The notes: generated by a model from the letters alone, not told the origin. Shown: positions 28,556-41,092, counted from the first letter of the stretch. The stretch: 64,000 nucleotides of DNA from Selaginella moellendorffii (GCF_000143415.4 NW_003314418.1:62001-126000); one strand, 5' to 3'. Numbers and translations: made by a program.

Positions 28556-30544
28556 GAAATGAAATGCGTCAGCATAAAAAATGGTACAAGTCAATTTTAC
28601 CATCTACAATATTAGCAAATGGTGCTCCCGATGGTTGCTCAGAGGGTTTTGGTTGAGGAAACGTGAAGGGCGGAAATATCTCCTTTGCAATGTGGGGTCA
28701 ATCGCATCCGATGGCGTGTGGGCACATGCCATTTCAGCTGTAGACTCTGGTACAACTGGCTCAACAGTGGCATGGGGTGGTTCTGATGGCGTGTGATCAC
28801 ACGCCATTTCAGCTGGTGCCTCCGTTGGCAAAGTGGACATGACCGAACAGGCAGCAAGGGCGGTGTAGGGAGGTTCCAACGGCACGTAGTCAGACGATTG
28901 GGCACATGTTGAGTCCATTGGAAATGAGGATACGACCGGCTCGGCGGCTGGGGCGGCCTCATGCGGGTCCAATGGCACTTGGTCACCGTCAGTTGGATAC
29001 GTGGACAAGATTGACTCAGTGGTATAGGCAGCATCAAGTGGAGCGTGGTCAGCTTGCTTGGCGTTGATATGGATAGTAGCCTCCACCAGCTTTGATGACT
29101 CTTGCAGGCAAGTAGAGTCCACTGGCGGATCCATATGCATGTCCAAATATCTCCCTTCGATTGAGATGGTATCCTCCCTACTGGCTACTAAAAACAAACT
29201 CATTAGCACATTGAATCGACTATACTGTATTTACCATAAACTGCTATTGGGCGCATTGCTGATTCTGAAGGATTGGACATACGTTTCGACCCTTGCTTGG
29301 CACTATCCTTCCTCGACACTAAAGGCTAGAGTTTGTATCTTAATTCAACTGAATAATCTCTACTTACCATTTCTTCTGCGACCTACATGAACAATGTTAG
29401 AAATGGTAAAAGGTTAGGAATGGATGTACTATTATTTACCTGATGGTTTGTCTTGTATGACCTTCCTCCGCTGCTCTTTGGCCACCTCAGGCTGGCCATC
29501 GTCATCATCATCGTCATCGTTGTTATTGTGATCGTCACCATTGTGAGGACCATCCAAGTCCTCTTCGTCCTCCTCTTCTTCATCCTCCTCTTCTTCGTCC
29601 TCCTCTTCTTCGTCCTCCTCTTCTTTGTCCTCCTCTTCGTCCTTCTGCTCTTCCTGCTCATTATCTTTCTCTGGCTCCTCATCCCCCTCCTGCATTTCTT
29701 CCATAGGCTGCTCAGGCTGGATGGCTTGTTTTTCCAGGACCATCTTGGGAAAATCATCTAGCCGAGTCTCCATCTCAAAATACAAGACATCCATAGCCTG
29801 CTTCAGTGCTTGACCTAGGACCGTATCCTCACCCGACTGTCTTAACATGGTTTCTGCACGTTCTTGCACCCTTCGAAGACGACGAGATGAGAAAAACGTG
29901 GCCCTGACTTGAAAAGCATCCCTCATCCATTGTACCTCTCCATTGAGATTGGGGAAGGGGAGTCCGCCATAGGAATCTGAGTCAGGAGGTGGTGATTGGC
30001 TCCTTTCACTCAGCCCTTGATCTGCAATGAATGGCATGAGCACACACGCCATAACCGCGAGGCATTACCTATCATCTTTTCGTTGCCCTTCTTCCTTTTC
30101 GAATCAAATGCCTCTGATCCCGACGACTGTCCAACGTGCTTTCGCTTTTTATGACCACTGTCAGTTTGAGCTTGATTGGTGATTGCCTGTTTTGCCTTTG
30201 AAGAAGTGTCTCTTGCAAGGAATGGCACGAGACCACACGCCATTGCAAATATAATTTGTACCTCCTTTTTTCCTATTGCTTGTCTGTTTGTCCTTCTTCG
30301 ACGCGCCACCAGTGCGCTTTTCAGTCCTCATGTCTGAATATTCACAACGATCTATAATCAAAATGGCGTGAGGCCTCACGTGACCTTACCTTGTGCAGGT
30401 TGTGAGCTCGGCCTAACATCAGTAGCTGTTAACGCCGTTTTAGCATCTGGGGGTGGCCACGCTCCTGCATACAGAGCTTGTGAGATAACATTTAAACTTA
30501 AAGTGCATACTCACCAGGTTCGCAGAAAAGATACTGTTTTTCTT

Positions 30545-31225
30545 TGGCAACTGTAATTATATGCTCCATTGAAGTCACCTCTTCAATGGAGTTTGTCACC
30601 GCAACACACGGGACACCCTTGAGTAGTGCGGCTCGAAAGAATAGTCCGCCGCAGTTGTACTCAACAATGCATTTGCCCTTGGTGTCACCCGCTATTGCGT
30701 TGAAGACCCAGCTGAGCATTTCCCATGCTGCACCTGGAGCTTTCTTTGGATTCGAAAGCTCCATAGCCGTCTTCAGTTCCTCAGGCACGAGTAAATTGAC
30801 CTCCCTCAGATCAATTCGATCGGCCTTGTCGAACGAAGCTGGGAAGTCACTCCAGTCCCACTCTGCTGCAGGACCAATAACAAGGGTGAGTGTGAAGATG
30901 CGGACATTCGTCGGTATCTTCTTCTTAGCCATTATCCCATGTATCTCCCGCATCTCCTTGCCTTTCAACCGAGCCTTCACCTCGTTCAAGGCCTTCCAGA
31001 ACTTGTGATAGAATTCGGAGTCGTAGATCATATAGTGGACTGAAGATTCCACCTCCGCAAGTCCCACCATTAAGTCAATGATGGAGTTGACTTCGTCTGC
31101 ATGAGTAATCTCTTCGTTTGTGAAGTCCATCACACAAAAGATGTTCTTGACCTGCTCATCTCCGCGGGAAACGATGCTCCTCCACCTTTGATCCTCATCC
31201 GAATTCACGTATACCCGGTAAGGTT
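30545..31225 (-). CDS. Degenerate beta-class N6A/N4C DNA-methyltransferase-like fold
   Basis: C-terminal KKAP..EMLSWVFNAIAGDTKGKCIVEYNCGGLFFRAALLKGVPCVAV parallels KP..LI...GD.VLDPF.GSG....A...GR..IG. IFCVMDFTN sits where DPPY would be. Confidence 0.5.
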
Positions 31226-31999
31226 CTCGATAGGCCTCTGCTGCGGGGTCGAGCTGTTTCTGAAGCCGACGGTCGACATCCCTCTTAATGAAATTTGGAT
31301 ACTGATCCAACTTCTCAGCTTTACTTTTCGTGGCATCCCGCAGCAGATCAATGAACTTGGGGGCCCCCTTCACGTACTCGTCGATCTCTTCATTTGACAA
31401 GTCCAGCTCTTCCATCATCTCTTGCGTGGTGTCGATGCTCACCCTCTCCACGGCCACTTGCTCGAAGATCCAATCCTTCAATAGCGCATGAGCTCTCAGA
31501 GTCGTGCACAAGTAGTCGTATGTCACAATATGGCCGGGAGTCATTTTGGTCTTGTTGAAGACTACCTCACCACGTAGAAGAGCATTAGCCACTGTCAGAA
31601 GGTCGTCGTCGTCTAGAGACCGCGAGAAACGCAAGGCGTTGAGCTTCAAATCATTGGGCTTCCGGCTGTCCTCCACACCCATTGAGTTTAGCAACTCCCC
31701 GTCATGGTACCTCCTCAGCACATCTACCCATTTGTCAAAAACAACTTTTGTCGCGAGTAGAATGTTATGGATGCTGAGTGTGTCATTGACCCCCAGTGTT
31801 TTCGAGAGAAGACTCGAGAATTCCTGCAATGGAAATGGCGTGAGGCCACATGCTATGCCACATGCAACGAGGCTTACCTACCAGGCGCTAGTTGCTAGTG
31901 CACGTCCTTGTCCTGGTTTTTGTGGCTTCTTCAGTTGAACCCAGAGCTTTCGTGTTCGTGCCAATGTCTCGTGCAGACCCGATTTGTAGCACGTTTCTT

Positions 32000-32402
32000 G
32001 CTTGACATTCTGCGCGTGGGAGATGGATATGATAGATCGGAGGGGCGAGTTGCCTTTTATCAGCGGACAACTCTTGTCTTGAAGACTTTCTTCACCTCCT
32101 CGCCCACCATAATATCCAGAACTATCTCTTGCATCGCCAAGCTAGAATGCTGCCCGGAGACGGCATAGAACCGGATGTTCTGATCGTCCAACACCTTCCT
32201 ATTGATCAAGTTTGGAAACCTCGTCTCGCCCTTCATTGTTTGGTAGTAGGGGATCACGTCTGCGATGTCGGGTGTTACTGGACTTGCCAGCATCTTCTGC
32301 TTCAGTTTCTCCACCCACTCATCAGATACTAGCCTGTGGTTGTATTTGCTTTGGATGTCGATACGGCTCACGTCGATTGTATATACTTTGTTGGAATAGT
32401 AA
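32000..32402 (-). CDS. ParB/Sulfiredoxin-like N-terminal domain
   Basis: IDVSRIDI..NHRLVSDEWVEKLKQKM...FYAVSGQHSSLAMQEI, then (after two compensating frameshifts) VRLIKG..IISISHAQN. This is the ParB/Srx/DndB layout (Y.v.GqH...A ... N). Confidence 0.6.
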
Positions 32403-34863
32403 CAAGTACTATTATCTGCGACGATTTTTGCTGCCTCTTCTTGCTCTTTCTGCTCTTTGCGGCTCTTCTTTTTGGTGGGTGTAGTGTTCGAACTCGAGGC
32501 AATGGCATCACCGAGTAGCTTCTTTTTTGGAGCAGCAGAGTCGGACGTCGGCTTGAGCTTGACCACCCTTTTCTGCTTCGGGGTAGTTTCCAGATCGACC
32601 CCCTTCCCCTTCGCTTCGCGAACTGGAGGCACTCTCAACGGCTCAATGTTGGAATATAGTTTTTGAACATCGCCGTAGGTGAGGTCTGTGGATTCCATGT
32701 GATCTTCATAGACCCGCAGCGTCTTTGAAATTGTGGGCCTCCTGGACAACCTCTCCCTAGCTCCCTCTAGGAATTCCTCATAGCCGCTGCCCCTCTCCGG
32801 GAAGCCGCTAGGATGTGCAAGGTGGATCTTGAAGGCGGATGCTGTCTCTACCACAAGTGCCAGTCCATATTCTTGCATGGAATTGCATGGAGTGTCTGTC
32901 ACTTGGATGAGGATCCCCATGCATTCTTTTCTCCCACCATCTGTGTTGTACAGCATCAGATCCTCGCCTTCCATCCCGAAATTCCAACTGGTGAGCTCCT
33001 CCCCCTTCTCTGCATCCACATTGACAGTGGCTGGAAGAAGAACGCAATTCCTCGCCTGTTCAGAAATGCACAACAATTAGAGCTGACAGATGAAAAGCTA
33101 GCAGCTGGAAATAACGTGAGGCCACACGCCATTCACCACTGCATCAGATGTCTTGAGGCTGCATCCTAAGATGGCGTGAGGCTACACGCCATCTGTAACC
33201 GGACTGCACTCGAGAGCCCAATCGGTGCATGCCAATGTTGCTACTGAATGGCATGTGGCCTCATGCCATTTTCTACTTGGCCTAAAAGACTTACCATTTG
33301 AAGCCGAATGGAGACCGTGACAATCGAGGCCGGACTCGCTGGCGAATGTGCACTGTGTGTGCAGCGGATCGTAGCAGCAAGGCTACTCTACCACTTACAG
33401 TTGGAGAGTGGCACTGAAATCTCCCGGGACGCCAAGTGGGCTGCGTGTGGGTGGCGGAGTGGGTGGCGGAGTTGGCGGCGAAGTTACAAACTGGGTGTGT
33501 CTTGAAGTGGACGCCGATGCACACGAGCGCGATGCGAGCGCGAGTGTGATGCAAGCGCGAGTGGACGCCGATGCACACGAGAAACCTGTAGAGAAGTGAG
33601 CGTGATCGCGAGTGGGAGCGCGAGTGTGATGCGAGCGCGAGCGCGAGTACGAAGCAAAATGCAAAACCTAACCTCACACGCGCGAAATGTCACAACGGTT
33701 GGTAATCCCGCCACGTCATCATTCCTCGGACTTGGGCGCCACCATTAATTTCTGGATTGCCGCGCGCATGCAAGCACGCAAAATCCAAAAGAAATCCACA
33801 ACGTCATCATTCCTCGGACTGCATGCACGCGAAATCCAAAAGAAAGATCATGATTGGGATATCATTTAATACCCTTGCTATATTTATACCATGCATGATT
33901 GGATATTCCAAAGCATCTTGTATTTCCAAAAATGGCAGATGTTCAGCTAAATAAAGAAATTCTATCTGTTTCTATTTTTCTCTCAAATCAATATTATAGC
34001 GTGTGGGCTCATGCAATTTTGAACCAAAGAAACCCAAAAAACGTTGAACCCAAAATATTTTGAAAAAACCCAAAAAACCCTAAACATTTTAAACCCAAAA
34101 ATCCAGGCGTCTTGTGGCGTTATTCCTTGAATGGCGTGTGGGCGCATGCCATTTTCAGGGCCAAATGCTGAATGGAGAAAAATTCCCTTTCAGTGCAAAT
34201 GCTGCAAGAGGCAGATGCCGAGCACAAAGGACTGTAACTACCTCACATGACACAGATAAACTTTTCTCTATTTGGCAAAGATAAACTTTATAGCGTGTGG
34301 GCTCATGCAATTTTGAACCCAAAAAATGCACCAAAAAATTCTCGGCGTCATCTGGCGTTATCTCTTGAATGGCGTGGGGCCGCATGCCATTTTCAGGGGC
34401 ACATAGGAGTATATTCCTAGGATATTCTGACACGCACGAGATTTTTTTGAGTTTTTTGGAGATCCAACCGTTAGATCGCAACTAGATTTTACAGAATGGT
34501 ATACAATGTCTTTCTTGATGACCCTGCAAAGAAGCATCTCGATCGGACACCACATGAGACCACACGAGCCTTACAATGTTTCAGGGGCATTTGCCATAGA
34601 TCCGACTGTTATTTTGCTCCAAGATTTTACAGTTTGGTGTGCATTGACCTTTCCATCGACACTGCAAAGGGACATCACAATCAGATGTGGGATCACAAGA
34701 AACTAACTTCACTAACTCTGGTTTCACCAAGATGTACGTAAGGAGTTATGAAATGAAAGGACCCTCTCTATTGAAATATGTTTATGGTCCTAGGGGCATT
34801 GTGACATATCAAAGGATTTTGCATCAAGTTCTGTATTTGCATGTTTATCAAGCTACTGAATTG

Positions 34864-34897
34864 CTAAACCCTAAACCCTAAACCCTAAACCCTAAAC
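34864..34897 (+). repeat. Interstitial plant telomere-type repeat (CCCTAAA)n
   Basis: ctaaaccctaaaccctaaaccctaaaccctaaac; a shorter version is at 39604-39623. Confidence 0.9.
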
Positions 34898-36398
34898 ATG
34901 TGGCAAATGCTGCGTGAAGAAAGATGCCCCTTCTGGGCAAATGCTGTAAGACGCAGATGCCGAGCAGATGTATCTCAGGCTAGCGAAGGGGACAAATGAA
35001 AGCTAGCTATAAACATGATGGGATGCAAATAGATTATTAGGCTGGTCCTACGAAAATCAAAAACCATAATTGAAAACATTGAAAATGCAAAAAGAAAGGT
35101 TTATAATATTTTTGAATTTTAAGCAACCAAAGGAATGTAAGTAGGGCATGTGTTTGTAAGTTTAAAAATGCCTCAACCACTTAAATTCAGAAGTAAATAA
35201 AGCTGTTTCTATTTTTGGTACAGGTAAACTTTATAGCATGTGGGCTCATGCAATTTTGAACCCAAAAATGCACCAAAAAATGCTCGACTAGCATTATTCT
35301 TTGAATGGCGTGTGGCCTTATATTGCCATAAATGGACGTACACACAGAGCATAATTATTCCTTTACACGGCGAATAATCTTGGCGCGGATCGCTGACATG
35401 GTATGGCAAAGTTCGAATCACTGACATGGCACAGCTGGATCGAGGCAAGGACATGATGTGACAAAGTTCAACCTCCGACAGCAAAGTCTAGAAGCTACTC
35501 AGTTTGAAATTTGTCAAAGGAGTCATAAGATCTGGTTTGTCAGAGGATTTGATGTGACATTCAAGCGTGTGTTATTTTTGAATTCTCGAACTCATTCCTA
35601 GGTCTATCATTTTTGTGCGCCGTGTTCTTGGTTCCGCTGAGCGCAGTGAGCGCTGCTTGTGTAAGCGGCGTTGTGGGCTGTGGTTTATTCGTCTACGAGC
35701 GGTTGCGGCATTGCGAGCGCCATTGCGGGCGGCAGTTTATGTGAGTGGCAGTTTGTGCGAGCGGCGCTACGAGCAGTTGCGGTGTTGTGAGCGGCGCTAC
35801 GAGCAGTTGCGGTGTTGCGAGCGGCACTGTCTTTGGTGTGGCTACCGCTTCCTCTTGATATTCGGCACTTGTGCTTCTTGGTATGTTCACCATGGAATGG
35901 CTTAGGACCACATTTAGAAATGGCATGAGGCCACATGCCATCTTGGGCCCTTGCAATTTCATGGCTAGCGTATTGTCATGTATGTTTTTACTTGCCTGCA
36001 GCTGTGTGTATATCAAGATGGCATGAGGCCTCATTGCATCTTTGGCCCCTGCTAGCCTATTGCCATATTCCTTTTGCCTTGCTGCAACTGTATATATTTT
36101 TGTATGGGTGACTAGTCACGCACACAAAAATATATACAGTTGCAGCAAGGCAGGTTTACATTTTGAAACAGGCTAGCAGGGGCCAAAGATAGCGTGAGGC
36201 CTCATGCCATTAGTGGTACCACTAATGGCATGAGGGCTCATGCCAATTTTGTGAATGCAAAATTTCACGTGGGTGTCAATAGCATGTTTGAATAATGGCA
36301 TGTGGCCTCATGCTATTGAGGTTGTTTGGTATGTTATGATTTAGGCCATTCTCCAATCATTTTTTGTATGGTCTTAACTTCTTTTCTGCACTTTTAGA

Positions 36399-38389
36399 AT
36401 GGCCTTCAGGGTTGGGGAAAAAGTTTACATTTTGAATGGTGGGAAGAGAGTTGCAAAAGGGACCCTTGTGTCTATGGATCGGAACTTTGTTATACACTGT
36501 CAAAGGCTTGGGGAAGGCAATGCTGCTGTATCAGTAGAGACTGTCTTCAATGGGAATGTGGTCGCTATTGAACGAGGAGAGATGGTCGTCGGGGTAAATG
36601 TTGTTGTTGCCTTGAAAAATCTTCAGAAGAAAGCAGATGTTGGGGACAGCGCAAGTGCGACGCATGTTCCCTCCGTGGATCTTAAGAACCGTGCTACATG
36701 GATTCAGGCAAAGGTGTTTCTAAACAACCCCGAGGGGGAGGTGGTAGCTGAGGGCTTAGCCACAGTTGTCGATCCAAGAGATGCGGTTGCTAACCAAGAA
36801 TTGGGCTGGGATGATATTGGAGTTGCAATTTTAGAGGTTGTTGACACAGAAGAAAACAGTCTGACTATTGGAAGCATTGTGCGGTGGAAATTGAGGCACT
36901 TAGTGTTTGAGAATGTGAAGGATTCACAATCAAACACCACTACAACTGATGACAGAACATCTCTTCATGGGAAAAGAAAGTACACCTTCCTAAAGCGCAG
37001 CCAAAGGGATCTGAGCAACGAACCGAAAAGGCAAAAAATGGCGATGGAGGTTCGAATGGTCTCGACAGTTGCTTGTTGCAAGAGGAGGTGCTGTCAACAT
37101 GCTGATTGGGATGCTATTGAAGAGGAGAGAGCAAGATACAAGACATTATCCTGGAAGGCAGCTCGCAATTTTGTGTATGAGGCATTACGGTCATCTGTTG
37201 ATGCTTCAGAACATCAGGTGGGGGGCATGGTCTTCCAGAGGGGTTTGGTTTGCATGAAGGCATGGAGAATCATTTATGAAGTCCCTCGAACCACATTCTA
37301 CAGAATCAAAACTGAGTTCGAGGAACAAAGGGTTCAACAGGCAGTCCAATGTCCTCACCCTCCCACAACTCTACGATGAATTCCAAAATTGCATCAAAGG
37401 CACTGTTGAAGCTGCACTTCTGACAGAGGTTCCAGACTTTAAGGGGTTTGTAAGAGGCTATATCAGGGACGGATCCGAAACGCTGATTGGCCACTCCAAG
37501 CCTCTTCAGTTTCATTTCAGCATGCGTGACGATGCTCCAGTGATGAGGTACAAGATGAGAGAATGGGGCACAGTGTGGCTGCCAGTGGACGGCATTGAAC
37601 TCTTCAAGAGAGATCCCATAACTGGGGAACCTATGATTCCTCAGGGTTCCCCACGACTGATGCACCCGGATGGACTCAAAGACCAGGAAACTATAGTGGC
37701 CGGGATTAGACAGCATATTGCCTTCTGGAAGAGGGGGTTGGTGTTTGGTGGAGAATCCTATTTTCAGAGGTGCAAGCCTTTGCTCGAATACTGGGAGAAG
37801 ATTATATCTGCTATCCAAAATGGGCCGGTTGTATATGAAGAATTGGAAGAGTCCTTTTGGCCAGAACCCAGAGCACCAGATAGTAGTGGAACAATGTCCT
37901 CTGGAAATGCAGTGACAGATAACGATGTTGAGGATCACTATTGTGGGCCGAGGAACAAGAAGCCGGATTCAGCATTCAATCCAGTACAGGTCTGCAAAGG
38001 AATGGTCATGCTTGTCAGACCCAGTAATAAAAAACAAATGATATGGGTGGGGCGCTGCATCATTGATGCAGAGGAGGACGCGGAAACTAACTCCTTCAAT
38101 GTAACTGTGGAGTGGTTCAAGCCAAGTTCCGGATATACAAAGGATTGCCTAGAAAAGAGATGGGTGCTGAATCCAAGGGATCCCAGCATGAGCATATCGG
38201 TGGATAATGTTGTGCATGGTTGGATGCGGAAGCAGAGTGCCACCATCACCTTGCCAGACCATGCAAGAGATGCAGCAAGAGCATTCATAACCCGGGTTCA
38301 AGGTGAGATTCATTAATATTCCTTTACTAAGTTTCTAATGTATTTTATTTCAAGGTGAACAATCCGAATCTGAATCAGAGGAGGCGTGA
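36399..38389 (+). pseudogene. Sola-like transposase copy 1, catalytic core deleted
   Basis: Near-identical to copy 2 but lacks 1151 bp, joined at a TCCA microhomology (37345-37348). Confidence 0.85.
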
Positions 38390-38596
38390 TGGCATGTGGC
38401 CTGAGATGATGTGACATATGCATTTACCAATCACACGTGCATAAATCTAATAATATGGCGTGTGGCCCATATTAATGGCACATAAACCCATATTGTGGGC
38501 TTACGTGCTTTATGTACCATCATTCCCTTGCAGCGTGTGTGTTGGTTTCCTTTTATAACACAACGAACTCCATATTTTAGGGTGAAGAGCGTTCTC

Positions 38597-38854
38597 ATGG
38601 CAAGCACAAAATCTGTAAGTGAGGCAGAAAAGGAGACAGAGAAGGAGATAGGTGAAGATGTAGAATATATAAGTCTTCCAAACTCCCCGTACTATACTCC
38701 AGGTGATCATTTTTCTGAACAAACGGCAACATTAACAACTATCGAGAACGCCCCAGTAACGTCAGAGACAACAATCCAAAGCAAAACAATTGACCCGGAG
38801 AAGGATGATAGTACCGCTGAGAGTACCAAAAAGGAGGTGTCCACTAGCGCTTAG
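38597..38854 (+). CDS. Small acidic S/T/E-rich ORF downstream of the transposase (copy 1)
   Basis: MASTKSVSEAEKE.., 85 aa, preceded by a ttttag acceptor. Open in both copies. Confidence 0.35.
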   Translation: MASTKSVSEAEKETEKEIGEDVEYISLPNSPYYTPGDHFSEQTATLTTIENAPVTSETTIQSKTIDPEKDDSTAESTKKEVSTSA

Positions 38855-40713
38855 GCTTATAATGGCGTGTGCCCTCATGCCATTTACTTGATCACCAAAT
38901 ACCTTTTTCCCTTTGCACTAGTATATCTTAATACCGGTCTGAGAAATAGAATGGCATGTGCCCTCAGGCCTTTTACTAAATCACCTTGAAAGAAATGCAA
39001 GCCTCTATGTCGTAAAAAAAAGGTACTGAGAGAAATTCCTTAAGCAAGACGTACGGCCTCTTNNNNNNNNNNNNNNNNNNNNNNNNNNNNNNNNNNNNNN
39101 NNNNNNNNNNNNNNNNNNNNNNNNNNNNNNNNNNNNNNNNNNNNNNNNNNNNNNNNNNNNNNCGTAGCGGGCTTCCACGAGATTACATTGAGTTTTTTGG
39201 AGATCCAACCGTTAGATCGCAACTAGATTTTACAGAATGGTATACAATGTCTTTCTTGATGACCCTGCAAAGAAGCATCTCGATCGGACACCACATGAGA
39301 CCACACGAGCCTTACAATGTTTCAGGGGCATTTGCCATAGATCCGACCGTTATTTGCTCCAAGATTTTACAGTTTGGTGTGCATTGACCTTTCCATCGAC
39401 ACTGCAACGGGACATCACAATCAGATGTGGGATCACAAGAAACTAACTTCACTAACTTTGGTTTCACCAAGATCTACGTAAGGAGTTATGAAATGAAAGG
39501 ACCCTCTCTATTGAAATGTGTTTATGGTCCTAGGGGCATTGTGACATATCAAAGGATTTTGCATCAAGGTCTGTATTTGCATGTTTATCAAGCTACTGAA
39601 TTGCTAAACCCTAAACCCTAAACATGTGGCAAATGCTGCGTGAAGAAAGATGCCCTTTCTGGGCAAATGCTGTAAGAGGCAGATGCCGAGCAGATGTATC
39701 TCATGCTAGCGAAGGGGACAAACGAAAGCTAGCTATAAACATGACGGGATGCAAATAGATTACTAGGCTGGTCCTGCAAAAATCAGAAACCATAATTGAA
39801 AACATTGAAAATGCAAAAAGAAAGGTTTATAATATTTTTAAATTTTAAGCAACCAAAGGAATGTAAGTAGGGCATGTGTTTGTAAGTTTAAAAATGCCTC
39901 AACCACTTAAATTCCCAAGTAAATAAAGCTGTTTCTATTTTTGGTACAGGTAAACTTTATAGCGTGTGGGCTCATGCAATTTTAAACCCAAAAATGCACC
40001 AAAAAATGCTCGACTAGCATTATTCTTTGAATGGCATGTGGCCTTATATTGCCATAAATGGACGTACACACACAGCATAATTATTCCTTTACACGGCGAA
40101 TAATCTTGGCGCGGATCGCTGACATGGCATGGCAAAGTTCGAATCACTGACATGGCACAGCTGGATCGAGGCAAGGACATGATGTGACAAAGTTCAACCT
40201 CCGACAGCAAAGTCTAGAAGCTACTCAGTTTGAAATTTGTCAGAGGAGTCATAAGATCTGGTTTGTCAGAGGATTTGATGTGACATTCAAGCGTGTGTTA
40301 TTTTTGAATTCTCGAACTCATTCCTAGGTCTATCATTTTTGTGCGCCGTGTTCTTGGTTCCGCTGAGCGCAGTGAGCGCTGCTTGTGTAAGCGGCGTTGT
40401 GGGCTGTGGTTTATGCGTCTACGAGCGGTTGCGGCATTGCGAGCGCCATTGCGGGCGGCAGTTTATGCGAGTGGCAGTTTGTGCGAGCGGCGCTACCAGC
40501 AGTTGCGGTGTTGCGAGCGGCACTGTCTTTGGTGTGGCTACCACTTCCTCTTGATATTCGGCACTTGTGCTTCCTGGTATGTTCACCATGGAATGGCTTA
40601 GGACCACATTTAGAAATGGCATAAGGCCACATGCCATCTTGGGCCCTTGCAATTTCATGGCTAGCGTATTGTCATGTATGTTTTTACTTGCCTGCAGCTG
40701 TGTGTATATCAAG

Positions 40714-40904
40714 ATGGCATGAGGCCTCATGCCATCTTTGGCCCCTGCTAGCCTATTGCCATATTCCTTTTGCCTTGCTGCAACTGTATATATTTCTGTA
40801 TGGGTGAAAAATATATACACAAAAATATATACAGTTGCAGCAAGGCAAAAGGAATATAGCAACAGGCTAGTAGGGGCCAAAGATAGCGTGAGGCCTCATG
40901 CCAT
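40714..40904. repeat. Long hairpin (arms ~85 bp) capped by the 22-bp palindromes; degraded copy at ~36018-36210
   Basis: ctttggcccctgctagcct..ccttttgccttgctgcaactgtatatattt pairs with aaatatatacagttgcagcaaggcaaaagg..aggctagtaggggccaaag. Confidence 0.85.
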
Positions 40905-41092
40905 TAGTGGTACCACTAATGGCATGAGGGCTTATGCCAATTTTGTGAATACAAAATTTCACGTGGGTGTCAATAGCATGTTTGAATAATGGCATGTGGC
41001 CTCATGCTATTGAGGTTGTTTGGTATGTTATGATTTAGGCCATTCTCCAATCATTTTTTGTATGGTCTTAACTTCTTTTCTACACTTTCAGA

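Larger units (their letters stand above)
27698..33297 (-). pseudogene. Multi-exon cargo gene: ParB/Srx-like + beta-class amino-MTase-like + acidic linker + FCP1/NIF HAD phosphatase-like
   Basis: ATG|GTAAG at 33297-33290. In-phase GT-AG introns at 33294-33056, 31877-31824, 30514-30465, 30389-30334 and further short ones join ORFs 32060..33076, 30498..31829, 29432..30052, 28604..29209, 28375..28575 and 27698..28378. A few frameshifts and stops must be assumed. Confidence 0.65.

Noticed and set aside
29383-33714. Numerous overlapping antisense and alternate-frame ORFs
   Set aside because: They are shadows of GC-rich or low-complexity coding sequence on the minus strand.
34864-34897. True telomere or chromosome-healing site
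   Set aside because: Only 4-5 units, internal to a transposon, and present in both duplicated modules.
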